Below are positions 43,650-58,000 of a stretch of 64,000 nucleotides of DNA, one piece after another. A program made the position numbers and the translations under genes. The DNA comes from Trichoplax adhaerens (taxonomy: Eukaryota; Animalia; Placozoa). The notes below the pieces were generated by a model. The model was not told the DNA's origin. It saw nothing but the letters and a program-made list of their open reading frames with translations, and did not search any database. Position 1 is the first letter of the stretch; each line of letters begins with the position of its first letter. The stretch is taken from the NCBI RefSeq assembly GCF_000150275.1, contig NW_002060946.1:1326202-1390201 (forward strand), in the 5' to 3' direction.

Positions 43650-46080
43650 TGATAAGAAATGATGCATGTAAGACTTCAGTTCTTGAACTGGCAACCATTA
43701 ATTTACTCCATAAAATTGAAGTTTCTAATGTCTAACTAATTAATTAATGTAGCTTATAGATCGTTGTACATAAAATTTTTAATTGAGATTTCAAAGTAGA
43801 ACCTCATGGTAACTACAACTAAACGATAGATATTGCACTGCTATATTATCACAATCGCACATTATAGAGTTATTGTAGTTTGACTATGCATTTACAGCTG
43901 CCTTCGATTTATATTTTAAGCGATGTCTTAACTAAACGGAAAAGAATTCAGTCTTAATCCTTTTTGTGAATCTTTGCAGATCAATGTGAGTTGCATTACT
44001 AAGATACTAAAGGAATTTACTTAATAGCCGGTTCGCTAGGTTTTTTAGGTGTTTTTCGTGATAGAACCTATTGTACTTCTGCAGATGAAGATCTATCGAT
44101 TATTTGTAAGACTTTTGTAAACTCTATTTTAATATTCATTATTAATCACGGCATATTTAAAATAGATCTACTTTTTAGTCAAAGTTTTATTTTGATTCTA
44201 TATTGAAAGGGATTATCAGTTTTAAAATGTATTATATTAATATCTGATGATGACGTATAGTCTTGCATATGCAAGTTGCTATTTCTCCATATAAAATAAA
44301 TATTTATAACTAAGTAATATTATTAAAGCAAAGTTACGTACATTCGACGTCATATTCTAAACAAGAAAATTAAGTATAGTGCTACTTAAAATTGTTCTAA
44401 ATTAACTTATTAGTCATTAGAAGAGCTTAAAATTATAAGCCATACTAGTAATCATACGGTATATAAGAAAAATTGTCAATAATTAAATAAAGCAGTCAAT
44501 TAAATATTTACGTATGCGTTTAGTTTACTAGAATTACTTGTATTATCCACATCTTGTTATCTCGGATTCACAAAGTAAGTATGGATTTCATCATTTACTA
44601 TTCTTGATGTTATCGGTTCATAATATTCCCATTCAAACTTTTCAAAATTCTAACTACAAAGCTGATTTCTACCTGCTCTACAGCAGATGTATGAATATAA
44701 ATGTTATTTTATTAAACTGATGCTACGAACGTGATTGCATTTATTTAGGGGAGGTATTATCAAAGTTCAAGTTTATTATGTTTATTATCTTTAAGTCGTG
44801 CAATATAATTACAAATATTTACAATATAGCGCACTCGGTAATAAAAATTTTAGGGTTTGGTCTTTCCTTTAGCACCATGCTATGCATTTACAATATTTAA
44901 TTTGTTTTATAGATAATATTTTTATGGCCTTGATCACCAATCTCCGATAATATATAACAAAAAAGGATTACTGCCTTTTATATATTCATCGGATGATACT
45001 ATAGTAATTACAGATAGTTTTAACAGGATTAATTAAAATCCCTTCTTATCTTAATAGATCTAAGTAGAAGGCAACAGTATTGGATCTCCAATTTTGGCCG
45101 TACTTGATCGCTATCTCAATACTGTCGATATTAGGCATAGATATATCGTCGTTATAAATTTTAATTATTAAAATTTTAATTATTATACAACTTAAAAGTT
45201 CTTTATGCTATCAAATCAATATTGGAAACAACCTGTTTTTCTTGAGTTCTAATTTACCATAAAATATTAATGTAATGAGCTCAGCTAATTGCAGCAGTAC
45301 AGTATGTGTCTAATAGTAATAACACGAGACTATTACACGGTCACTACAATCGGATATAAAATATACCTGCGTCAGTTTTTACCAGATTACTTCTATAGAT
45401 GTATCATATACACCCTTTTTAAAAGTCATCGCTATTTTTACCCTGATGTTTTAAATTCCAATTATAATTATTGTTTGCATTGAAATTTATTTAAACAAAT
45501 TTTCTGATGAAATTATTTGCAAATTTAGGCGGTCTTAGTGATGTTTTGAATAGCAATATTGTTCAGGTGACTAGGTAGGCGGTTGCATTCTAATTTGAAA
45601 GAATTCATAACTTATTTTAATCTCTGCCATCAAGGTCCCTGCTAAGAAATTTTATATTTTGTATAGGTTACTGTTTTGTCAATTCAGCGAAAATTCTAGT
45701 TTATCATAGCTTTTAATGAAGCTGTTATGAAACTTTTAACAGGTGTTAGACTTATCGTGATTTTTTTCCGCTTTGCTGCCATTACTAAGAAATCATAAGG
45801 AACATTTGTATTGCTTTTACCTGCGTAATTTTCGTATTCATTTTTCCGAAAGCTTCACCTTATTGCGTAGACTGTTTATAAAAAACTATGCTTCTACCTC
45901 ACATTCCGCGGATAGTATATTTAAGGAATAATAAATTTCCAGTAATTTCATCAGGATATCTCTTTTTAAAGGCAATTGGTCTCTCATTCACGGAACAGTA
46001 TGTGCTAGAAAATACGGTCCATTATATACAATTATTAGAAAGGATCATCATATGTAGTGCATATATGTCTTGTATTAGTA

Positions 46081-46450
46081 TTTTAAACTAATCATAAAGG
46101 ACTGTAAGCTACTTATAAGTAGCCATTGAAGTAGCACTGTAGTAGCTAACTATATTCTATGCGTTATCTTTGCATTTTAAACTAATCGTACAATACTGTA
46201 AACTACTTCCCGTGTGCGTTTATTTAGTATTGTAGCTGCTAATTGTAGTCAAACAGGTATATTACTATTTTAAACTATTCGTAAAGTGCCGTAAACTAAT
46301 TATTTGCTCGTTCTAACGTAGTGCTACAATAGCTAATTGCAGTCTATGCGTTGTACAGTATCAGTTTTTTGGACTAATTATCAAGTCTTGTAAGCTACTT
46401 TTCTAGATATGATAATATAGCATTGTAAAAAATAGCTAATTGTAGTCCAG
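46081..46450. repeat. Degenerate minisatellite, four units of ~95 bp
   Basis: Units start at ~46081, 46175, 46268 and 46367 with TTTTAAACTAATC..A...CTGTAA(G/A)CTACTT and contain (A)GCTAATTGTAGTC-like motifs. Confidence 0.65.
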
Positions 46451-49304
46451 TTGTGTCTTGTAGAGATTGATGCAGTTGTTCAGGTATATAGCAGTTTGCC
46501 ACATTAACAAAGTCACTACTAATTTTTTAAAGTACTTATACGGGTATGGCATGATATGCTATCTTTAAAATGTAAAGTTGGAAGGCTTACTGTGTCACCA
46601 TACAGTTGTTATATACTCTAAACAGCAACTAACACATATCTGGAACCAACTCATACGGCGTAATACTAAGCTATAGCTGTGATATTTAGATTGTAAAGCG
46701 AACGAAACAGTAGGCAATAGAAAATCGTAGCACTATAATAAAAATTATCATCTTGACATAATGTACGGCACTCAAATAAGCTAACGAACTCTACTTACGG
46801 TAGAGAGTATCGAAACAGCACGTCACTGATAAACACTACAGTACTCGTATATTATTAAAATTAAGTAAGCTGCTATAGAAAATTTTAATGATTAAATATG
46901 ACGATATTACTGTTATGATGCTAAGTACATACCTGATTTCTTCATAGTATTTAAGCTACGTAGTACTAAAATAAGTAAGTAAGTAAACTCCTCTTGATGA
47001 TAATGGAGTACTGTAACAGTCACTAAAACCGGACATCATGCTATATGAATTGAGCCAGCTATTAGTAGTATGCCTCTAGTAGTATAGCTTTATTATTGTA
47101 TATTTAAATGAGCACTATTTATTATTCAGTACTGTAATACTTACTCTTAGCCATACTGTCCACCATAATGTAATTAAGTAAGTACTGTATAACACTTATA
47201 GAGAGTTTCCGCAAGCACAGTTTACAGTATATCTTTGGCTATTTCTAAATCTGCAAAGAACCTTACATTTGTCACTGCAAATCTTTATTGGTACCATTAT
47301 ACCCGTATATCCAAACACTTTACAAAATCAACTTCAAAATGCCATATTAAAATTATTTGATAAGCTACAACTTGTGGGATCTATGCGTAGCACATTACTA
47401 TGGTAGCTAGCACGATAGCTAGCAAATGGGATAAACTATTGTGGCACAGTTCACTGCTTGTATAAATGCGCTCTCTTTCATTATACCATTGCATGCACAG
47501 CCACCACACAGTATATATCTTGAAGATGCTTTAATATTATGTAGGATAGAGGTTTATAACATACTAATTTCTAGCTAAACTCTAATAATTATATTATAAT
47601 TGATATCCCGTGTACGGATATCGCTGAATGGAGCTGAGTTAGGTTGTAGTGTTATTTTCCCTTAGTTGATTAACATAACGAACTGATTGTATCTACGATT
47701 AGTAAGTAACATAAATAATAAATTGGATCACTTACATTACATTAAAGCGGCATACGGAGATTTACTGTAATATTTGTACTGCACAGTGTACTATTCTTAA
47801 AATATTACCATCAGCTATGAAAATTAAGTCGTAGACTAGTTAAGGTTCAATTTTGTGATTGCACTAATATCAAACTAAGCGGTAAAATATTTATGCTGCG
47901 CAAGTCTAGTCATTGCAGTTAACATAGACTGATATTTTACTGTATTCGATTAGTTATAATATCTAGCGAAAATGCTATATACATGATCGGAAACGCAATA
48001 AGTCTAACTATTTGCGGTCCATATGATACGTAGTTGCAGTATTTACATTTCTTCCCTGTCATCTAAATTTATGCTTATATTAGAAAATAAACGTTTTAGA
48101 ATAAAAAATTTATTCTTCGGATAACTTTAATCATTAATTATAGTAAAAATGCCATTAAATATTTTAATTGGTCGTACTCTGAATTAAAATATTCATAGAA
48201 TTGCAAAAATAAAAATACAAGCAGTTTCACAACGTAGTGGTTCACTGATATCCATATTGAAATTAAAGTTTGTCATTACTGATATATATGAACCAAAATA
48301 GTTGAATTAGCCAGAAGCAAATACTCCTTTAGATATAGTCGTATCAAAATAGATACCTATTTTCCTTAAGATTCCTGGTACTTATTTTTTGGTGATTTAC
48401 AGGTTTGCATTTAGGGTAAAAGATCTTACCATACACATTAAAATTACTTTCACCTTTTTGGTGCAGTCAAGTTTAATTTAGATTTAAATTTTCTTTTTTC
48501 ATGCTTCATATCATTGGATATCTAGTAATTATCCTGTGATGCTAATTACCTACTGATAAAAATTACTGTCATGGCTATAACTTACATAGCAGTTAAAGTA
48601 CCTCTGATTATAGTAAATACAGGTATTTTTGCAGAATCTAAAGTTCAAATATTTAAAAATATTTTTAATTTCACTTAAATCGGTAATTAATTTCTATCCG
48701 ATACTTTGGGTTCAGATAGCGATCAGAAAAGTGAAACCACTCTACCAGTCTAAAGTCTTTTATAATTTTAATAAATTGTTACACATGAGCCTTATAAACA
48801 GCTCCTCTTCCCACGAAGCGAATTTAACAGCCACAATGTCGCTGCTGCTGTGCTATTAGTTTGGAGCTGAATAGCGTAAAGATATTTTTGTAATAAGAGT
48901 ATGAGTGCAAGATGACAAGATGACGAGAATTAAACCATAACAACTATAAATTTATAAAAGATTTATTAAGTTAATGTAGCATTAGCAAGTTTTAATTATG
49001 TAGGAGAAAAGAACGATTTACGAGCAACTTTCTCAGATTTCAAGAGATAATTCGAGGCACTACCTAAGGCCCAAAATTAAAAAAATTGGCAATGCTGAAT
49101 TGGTTATTCATTAAAGAATTTTCTAGCCATTAATTTGAACCGAGAACATTTTTAAACTTTGACACAGTATTTTAGTATCAAAAATATAAACTGTTGTCTT
49201 ACGCAAGGTTAACTAAGAATACATAATTGGAAACTATTCAATTAAAAGGCGTTATGAAATTTGAAGCATTTATGAAAACTTAATTTATAAGCGATCAGAC
49301 AGAA

Positions 49305-49889
49305 AGTCCAAGCATTTTTAGATGCAAGGAGATGATTGTATGAGCAAAATGATACCCTTAAGTAATCGTAATGATTTTGTAACCCCTTCTAACTGTTACT
49401 ATTAAAGTTACACGCTGCACGAAACGAGTCGACGATGGAGCATTTTTTAGAGTCATCATTTTAGGTTTGGAAAGTCGATAACCCGTCCAATTGGGTGAGC
49501 ACTCACCAGGTGGAACATTATTATAGAAATTCCTACGAAAAGTTGTGCGGCGCGCGTTATCGGTTGATAGCGATTCGATTAGAGTTCACGCAAATCCAAG
49601 ATCTGAGCGAAAGTCGCAAAATGCCAGATGAGCTTTAGTTGTAGAATCGTAGAGTGTATAATATCCATTCTTTGCCGCAGGATACTCGCTTCTAATTGCA
49701 ATGCATGTTATTGGTTTCGACTATATTTCCTAAAAGAAAGTATCGTATATAATTGTAACAGAAGACGATCTTACTTTCGGGAGAAGTGACCATGTAGCAG
49801 CTAGTTATGATTCATGTATTTACCTTTAAACTTGTTAGTGACAGTATTACCAACACTATCAGTTAGCTTGAGACCATGTATTTAATCAT
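49305..49889 (-). pseudogene. Array copy 8: 3'-truncated pseudogene
   Basis: Exon 1 (49824-49889) contains TAA. Exon 2 from 49729 has TAG at codon 3 and Trp->TGA at 49586-49588. Homology stops after DYLRVSFCSYNHLLASKNAWT. Confidence 0.85.
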
Positions 49890-50886
49890 TCTTGCTAATA
49901 TCTGATCAAATAAATGATAAGAACTCAACTGTATGCAAACTAAAAGTGCCTAAGAATAGCAACTGACAGGAGTAAATCCAAACTTCACGGGTAAGGTCTG
50001 CAGACTCTGTACTCTTTATATCTATTCGTATTGCTGCTATAATGAATTCAAAGGAATTCAGCGAAAATTGAAATATGTCAATCATTGATAGAGTATAAAT
50101 AAAATTTTCATTGCAAATAGTAATAAAGTTGGCAATATCGTAAATAAGAATGAAATGTTGAAATAATGACTCATTAGATGACCGCTTCATATTTCTGTTT
50201 AGAATGTTCAATGATATTAAACTATGAAAGTCAGTTTCCTACTATAAAATTAATATTAAAAATGGGGTTTGTCAAAAGTCATTTCTAGCGCTAACGTCGA
50301 ACACATATATCTCTAGCAATCTATAGATATGACCGCACTAAAATTACGAGCTTTTTGAAAGTGATGTGAATACAAACATTTAGTTGCTTATACGAGTTTA
50401 AATCAGTCGCTATAAATTACTAGGTCTGGACTCGCTAATAATTGCGCCGACAGTCAGGTTGCAATTTTGATGATCTTATAATATAGAGTAAACTAACACA
50501 GCAATATGAACGATGTTAATAAAGTACGCCACGCTTGCTTCATGGGCTGGCAATTATCATATCGGTGAATTTTATTCCAGTAAATCTCTAGGATGTATTA
50601 AAAGTCTTTACGATAACATTTAAATTTTAAAAGCGATGTATAATTCTCGCGGCGTAGATAGGTTTACTCGGCTATATTACAAGAGTTATGAGATTCTACG
50701 AAATAATAATTATAATCCTATTTATGACACAGTAATCCAGATGATGTACTTTATAAATAATTGTTATATATAGCTTCAAGCCTTAACATTGTCGAGATTT
50801 TGTTGCTAGACATTAAAGTATACAAATCTATAACTGCGAGTATGCATGTTGAGAAATTTAGGTAAATAAGACTTGGAGACGTACCG

Positions 50887-51123
50887 CGAAAATTTTTTAA
50901 ATTGGCATCTGCATACATACATACATATATGCAGATACATAATTTGAAGGTCTAATATTCATAAACCAAATGAAATACTGCAATCGATAGTTTGTTTGCC
51001 TAAATTAAATACGGCGGAAATTTTTTAAACTTGCATTTGCCTACATACATATAACCTCATAATTTGATAGTCTAATATTAATAAACCAAATGAAAGCCTG
51101 CAATCGTTATTTCATTTGACTAA
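50887..51123. repeat. Two-unit tandem duplication (~128 bp)
   Basis: AAATTTTTTAAA.T.GCAT.TGC.TACATACATA...CATAATTTGA..GTCTAATATT.ATAAACCAAATGAAA..CTGCAATCG occurs at ~50887 and ~51015. Confidence 0.75.
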
Positions 51124-52501
51124 GATGGTCAGAGTGCTGCACATATGCTTTACAGCTAAAATATTATTCAGTGATATCTGATTCTTGTAATTTATGAGTT
51201 CTATCCCCTTTTGTCGCGTAGTGCTTTACTTCATGCTATTATCACACTCCCACAATGTACAGCTACCATAATTTAATTAGCTGAGACCACCTGCTCAGAA
51301 TATAGTTTTGCTGAATTTAAATTAATAAGGTTATTTCGTTTGAAGTAAATATTATGAGAAATAAGCTTTTACATCAAGCTAGATGGCGTACACTTGTGTA
51401 AAGGCAGTATGATGAAATACTTAGTGGCTTACGTGATTATATATTAGCGTAAATTATGGTATTGTTTGCTTAATTAACGTAGACATTAGATCAGCGATTA
51501 CTGTGCTATAGTACCTGGGAAGATAAGGGTAGTTAACAGTAGTATTAAAAAGGTTAGTTATCGTTAAATATGACGGTCTGTTGTGGTATATTCGATTATT
51601 GTAAAAGTACATGTAGATACTATTGCCTAGTGAGCTAATTACGGTAGGAATTGAATGTAGATTGTAAAGCATATATTAACTCATATTCGCTTAGTAATTT
51701 AAAATAATTTAAATTATTACATAGGCTTTTAACTAAAATTAAGAAATATACATAAATTATTCTAATTTATGTTTCGGAATGCTGTCTGCTTTTATTTGCT
51801 AACTCAATTATAATTCTGAAAGTTGGTTTTGCTGTAACGCGCATCTTTGTGTCAAAGTACTCCATACAGATTTACTTCGGCTTCTCAATTTAGCAGTTGA
51901 AAATGACTAAGGTAAACGGTGTTCAATTTGCGATTTAGTCTAAATATTTGATGTTTCAACCCATTTATTTCAGATAAAGTATTTGCTCAGAAGACCAGAT
52001 TTATAAGCTGTGTTATTATACTATAACAATGAAGACTGATATGATATATGCCGTTAATGCGATAGCATATGGTTTAAGGTCGATAAAATAACTGCAGCAA
52101 CAGTTTTAATTACAGCATGATGGTAACTACTGGTATAAATTTCTGTTTTACTGCGAGTGCCTATTTTCGTCTTAAATCGCGGTCGGAATTTTGTTCAAAA
52201 CTTTAATCAATTGTATTTTATTGTATAACTTACCATAAAGTAGCAGTCAGTAAATTAACGCCAATCGCTGTTAGATCCTGCATGTTTAATGCATACGAAC
52301 ATTGAATAGCTATAGTAGTATACAGTACATCACTAACAATACTATAATAATTATGCGATGAATAAATAGATTTCACATCTTTTCGGTATTGGTTTCGTTT
52401 TTGATAAAATATTAAATTTATTCTTGCTTACAAATATTGAACTGCCTATATCTTCCATTCTTACAGCTACTTGCGATCAATGACTATTTATTGTAACTTA
52501 T

Positions 52502-53097
52502 TGTGACGGAGTACAGACTCCGTCAATTAATTGTAGTGTTAGTTTTAGTAATTAGTAATTAAGATTTTATTAATTGTTAATAACCTTTATTAATTAGGTA
52601 TTAGATAATTATAACGTTGTTATACTTGTTGTAAACTCTGTGCAGAGTAGTGTATTTACAGAGGTGACAACCAATATTCACACATAGTAATTTCTGTTAC
52701 TTTGTGCCGAGCCTTTGATTGTTAATTGGCTCTTAATTAGTTTGTAACTCATTAGTGTTGTTTACGCCGTCTGTCATACTAAACCATATAGACAGTCGGC
52801 TATACAAAAGCTATATATTTTTAGAGTTATTTATCTAAGCTGTGCACCGAGTGCAACCGAGCTAGGGTATATAAAGCCCGGTGCTCTCATTAGCTATAGA
52901 GTTGACGATTGTCCGTGTAGTGTACGCGTGTAGTTAGAGTAGTCTTGGATGTCAAGACTACCTTGGTTTAATAAACTATTTCCAAAGGCCTAAGTCTAGT
53001 CTACACTTAGCCCGTTGGGGCATACTTGGCTGTTGTAGCCTTAGTATTCGTACAGATCGAAAGACCCAGGTTTCCTTGTCGTGGGCTGAACGTGACA
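52502..53097 (+). mobile_element. Solo LTR, family B (596 bp)
   Basis: TGTGACG...CGTGACA imperfect terminal inverted repeats. Perfect 5-bp TSD CTTAT (52497-52501, 53098-53102). Internal TATATAAA at ~52868 followed by AATAAA at ~52970, consistent with a U3-R-U5 layout. Confidence 0.85.
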
Positions 53098-54156
53098 CTT
53101 ATAGGTTCATGATGATGTCTTGACGTAATTTCCTCTGACTTGTTCTATTAGGTTGATAAATTATATTACATATATCATAATTTGTATACTTATATCAATT
53201 TATTCTCCATGACCTGCTGTAGCCTCAAATTATGCTAGAAATCGCATGAAACCTATAGTAAATTTTCATGTTTATTGAGCAGGAAGCAAGAATAATATTC
53301 ATGCGAAAGCTGACTAGCAATCGTAGTTATCAACTGAAATTCTATGACTTTTTTCCCATTTTCCTAATTTCACTGTGTAATGTTGAAGTTCCATCTTTTT
53401 AACATTAAATATCCTGGAGAAATATTATAAAAGAGGCTTAATTAGAGAGCACCTTGGACTGATTTTGGTTAATGTACGAGGGCTCGTCTTGATGTTTATA
53501 AATTTTTAATCTAAAATTACTTACATCGAAACTTTAGGTACATTGGAGACCTACGTCAGACCGTATGTGAATTTTTAATCACTGTAACAGAGACTGATCT
53601 AATTATGGTATTAATAAGAAAAGATTTTTACAAAAATTTGCTATTTTTACCTATATCTATTTTCTTGAAAGATTTGATAACCTGCATTGCTACGATGAAT
53701 GAGTGAACATAGGTACACGAATATATCACTGAGATTCTAGATTTACTAAATCATTATTTATAATTAGTATAGCTACGCTATGGATAATAATAAATATGAA
53801 TAATTGATCTAAAATATTATAGAATTATAAGTTTATTATTCACTATATATACTTCCGATTCCTTTGTGACAAAATTCTTTATTTACATGATTTGCGTACC
53901 GCACATCATAAAGTGTTTAATCTTTCAAGATAATTTTTCAAAGTTATTTATTAGCCATACAAGAAAAAATTGAAGAAAATTAACATTACAATTAATTTTC
54001 TGCTTGAATTTGCATAATTCTATGTTGACAATATAGATGATATTGATTGTTTGCGTTATCAGATATATTTTTAAGATTAAATCATCAATAATGTGGTTAA
54101 AGGAGTAAATACACGTGCATGGTTATTACGAATAATCATTATATGTAGACAAAGAA

Positions 54157-55003
54157 TCAATCGAAGTAACCTCCACCAATCCACCAATTTGTTGTTGACG
54201 TACTATTTGCAGTACAAGAGAATTTTATATTGACGTTGTGATAAAATCCGAAGGCATCTTCATTTGTAATCATTTCAGGGACAGTAAATCTTGCACATGA
54301 AGATTTGGATGTTGGGAGATGTATAAATAAATGATAGGCATTCGAGCTATAAAATGGAATACTACATTTAGTACATGAATGGCCCCGAACATTAATATAA
54401 TCTACGATAGCGCAAGTCCAGACATTTCTGGTACTCAGAAGGTAATTATATGCACATAGTGAAACTCTTAGGTAATCGTCACGATTCTGTAATCCTTTCT
54501 GGCTTTGGCCGTTGAAGTTACACGTAGCGCGAAAATGAGTTGACGATGCAGAGCTCTTTATTGCTGTCATTTTGGATTTTGAAAGGCGATAGCCTGTCCA
54601 ATTAGGTGTACATTCATTTGACGGAACATTAAAACTAAAACTTTTACGAAATTTCGAACTACGTGCGCTTGTTGTTGAAAGTGATTCAATTAGTGTCCAT
54701 GCAAATCCAGGATCCGATTGAAAATCACAAAAGGCTATATAGGGTTTATTTGTTGAATCATAGAGTGTAAAATATCCATTCTCCGTGATACGATATTTGC
54801 TTCTTATGGCGACGCATGTTGTCGGCTTCGATGAAATTTCCTAAAAGTATAGATAAGGATTGTAATCATAATGCTTTGATTTAAGTAAAATTACATCATA
54901 AATAATTAATATAATATAATCAAATATACTCAAATACCTCTAGTTTTGCCAGTGGCAGCATCATTAATAACATTAGGTAAATGGAGACGATTTTTTTAGT
55001 CAT
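54157..55003 (-). CDS. Array copy 9 (intact), 249 aa
   Basis: Exon 1 (54938-55003) MTKKIVSIYLMLLMMLPLAKLE. Exon 2 (54157-54840) is open (EISSKPTTCVAIRSKYRITENGYF...TTNWWIGGGYFD*). Confidence 0.9.
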
Positions 55004-58000
55004 TCTTACAAATAGTTGCATAAGAAACGCCTTAGGGACTAGAAAATAAATGCGTAAGGGTACGTAAACAGATAACTTCCAAAGAGCAAAAATGTTGAGC
55101 TAAATTTAAGATCTTGATCCTTTTATATGCTCGTAGTGCTGTTATAAATTCAGGTAAACTTGTAAGAATAACAAGCATGCCAATCAATGATAAAATACAG
55201 TATAAATAAATTATTTTACTTCAATCAATTTCAAAGTAATAACATGAATAGTGAGGATTCAAAGTTGAGATAGTGACTCATTTCAGTAACCGTGCAAAAA
55301 GTTTTTGTTCAAATAATATGCATATCATTATTGCAGACTTCGAAGATAAGATTTATATTAGGTACTTGAGTGGATTTAGTGCTCAAATTGGTATAAAATC
55401 TACGATTTGTAATGAATTATTTCTAACAACTGCTAAACTGATCGAAATATGCGTGCAGACTAAAGATTACTGGAATCTTTCCGGACTTAATGTCAATTAG
55501 TTAATTGGGTATCATTTTCCGCATTGCACCTGTAAATATGCCGATAATACAGAAACAGCTAATCTATTTTCGATCATGCTTAGCAATTACAAATCATTAG
55601 TCTGCAATTTTATTAAATAACAATACTACATTTCCCTGGCTACACGTATCCAACCGGGTAGCGATTCTGGTAAATTATGTCAATTATCTGTCCTACCAAT
55701 ACTTTTCATCAGCTAACATTTTCTGTTCATGATTTCTAAACAGTAGAAATATCTGTCATATTATAGAAAAATTGTTTGTTTTAATAAATAAATCTTAATG
55801 TTTAATGGTCAGTTACTAGTACATATATAGTAATATAATTTAGTAAGTGTTGCTGTACAGATTCTGTTAGTACTGTAGTTTATTATAAGAAATTTTTAGG
55901 CATTAATTGTCTGAACTCTGGAATAAGTGTTATTTTGATGACGAAATCTTTAAAATTATTCTAGAAATATTATTGGTTAATAATGTCGATATATTTTTGG
56001 TACCACCAATAACTCTATGTAGCTTTCGAGAGGTGGAGTAATTTTTTGGACTGAAAGTGGGTTTATTTTCAGTATATTGACCGTTATCGAAGACTAACTG
56101 ATCTATAATCTATGTAGATTACAATATCTCTAGAAGGTAACTCTATTTATCAACTAGACGAAGCAGATATTTGAAGCTAATTTTTAAAATGTAATAAATC
56201 CTAGTTATTAAATAAAATTAAGCATGTTATCTCTAAATTTTAACGTCGTTGCTTATAGTAGAAATCTTAGGCTAATTTTATACTTATCTCAATCTAGCTA
56301 GAGCTAGTATATCAATTTGGAAAGAGTAAAGTACGAGTACGATGAATTTGATCTTTTTTAATTAGAACTGTTCAAATCTTTCCTGAAGCTTGAAGATAAT
56401 GAGTAGAAAATATCATTTGGTACTTTCTATAAGCTTGCAAAGTTTTAACGATTTTTTTAAAGAATATGACTAGTTTATCAATTAGGCCAAGAATAGATAA
56501 AATAACGGTCACTTACACGTATGAATAAATACTCTCGGCTTGTCCCTAGATTCCTCAAATTTGGAAATTTATAATTGCATAGCAACTTAAACATATCAAT
56601 TTACACATAATGTTTTATGTTTTTGGAGAGAAGATAGCAAAGTTAGATGGCTTGGGCACCGTAAATCTACCCTGTACTCGCAGTTGTTTTGAATACTGCA
56701 TTTCGATTTTAAGGCATTAAATTTGAGTTCAATAGTCTGTTATATTTAGATTGACCTAGCGTAACTTGTAGATTAAAATATGAAACCACTTTATTTACTT
56801 AGGTTACAGATCAAAAACGAATAAATACATTGGTTGAAACGGTTAAAAAAATAATTTATTGTTACCAAAAGCTATTTCGAAAGAAAATTACAGATTACTT
56901 TTCCCGATACCTAATAAGATTAACATAAGTTATTTTATTATTTTTATGCGGTAGGGAAGCCGCCGTATATGCTAGCTTTTTAAACTGAATGATAAGCATT
57001 TCAATGTTAATTAACTAAATGCTATTTTGGTGCACAAGTTATAAAATCAATTATAAGGATATTTTATATTAATCGCTCCGGAGTAGGACTAGATTTATTA
57101 CGGTCACCTTGTATAGCAACTGAAATTCTATAAAGTAATTCGAGATATGAGAAAAGTTATATATTGAAGGCCTTTTACGTATTAAAGCATTTAAAGAGGA
57201 CAGTTAAACCAATTTAGTTATTTAGTCGTACTTTTTTTTCGATTCTATCTAGTATATATCTTCTTTCTAACTTGTGCAAAGCCTGAAGTAAGCTACAAAA
57301 TTAATAAAATTTTTTTGCCTTACTTATCAATTTCTTTGGTTTATTTATATCAAGGATTGATAAGATCATCAAAAGATGAGAATGCATAAGATATATTATT
57401 AGCGATAACTCATGGCTATATGAAATATCGCCAAAGCGCTGAGATTGCCTTTCCAATATAATTACTTTCTCGTATATAATTATTACCGGTTAGCTGTTGC
57501 TAGCTTTTTTGTAGCAGAGGTGCTAAGAAACTAGTATTTAGCTTAAGCGACTGAATCTAGAAACCCATGTTAAAATGCTGGCACTGTATTCTATCATATT
57601 ATTCTAAACATATACCGTCCGTAAAAAATATGTAGAAAATACCAAGTATACGATAAAAGCAATTAGGTTGGTAAAGATTGCTTAATTTAGTTAATAAAAC
57701 AAGTATATACCGCAAAGTTAAATGTTAAAATGACCTATAGTGTAAGACTTTATGGAAATAATAAAGCCTAAAGAGAGCATGCCAGTTTACTAATAGCAAC
57801 TCAAATTGCTACTATATTCGAAGAGTAGTGTTTAATATCTACTATATGAACATTATAGATTATAAAAATTTATGCAATAACTTTAAATTCAAAACTGTCG
57901 TATGTCAAAGAGATGGTACAACCAATGAAATAGAAATATAATCAATCTGATCTATTTGTATAAAATTCGTATTAGTACTGTTATGTAATTAAACCGAAGC

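Noticed and set aside
46081-46450. CRISPR-like alternation of conserved and variable blocks
   Set aside because: Eukaryotic context, repeats are degenerate rather than identical, the variable parts are related to each other, and there are no cas genes.
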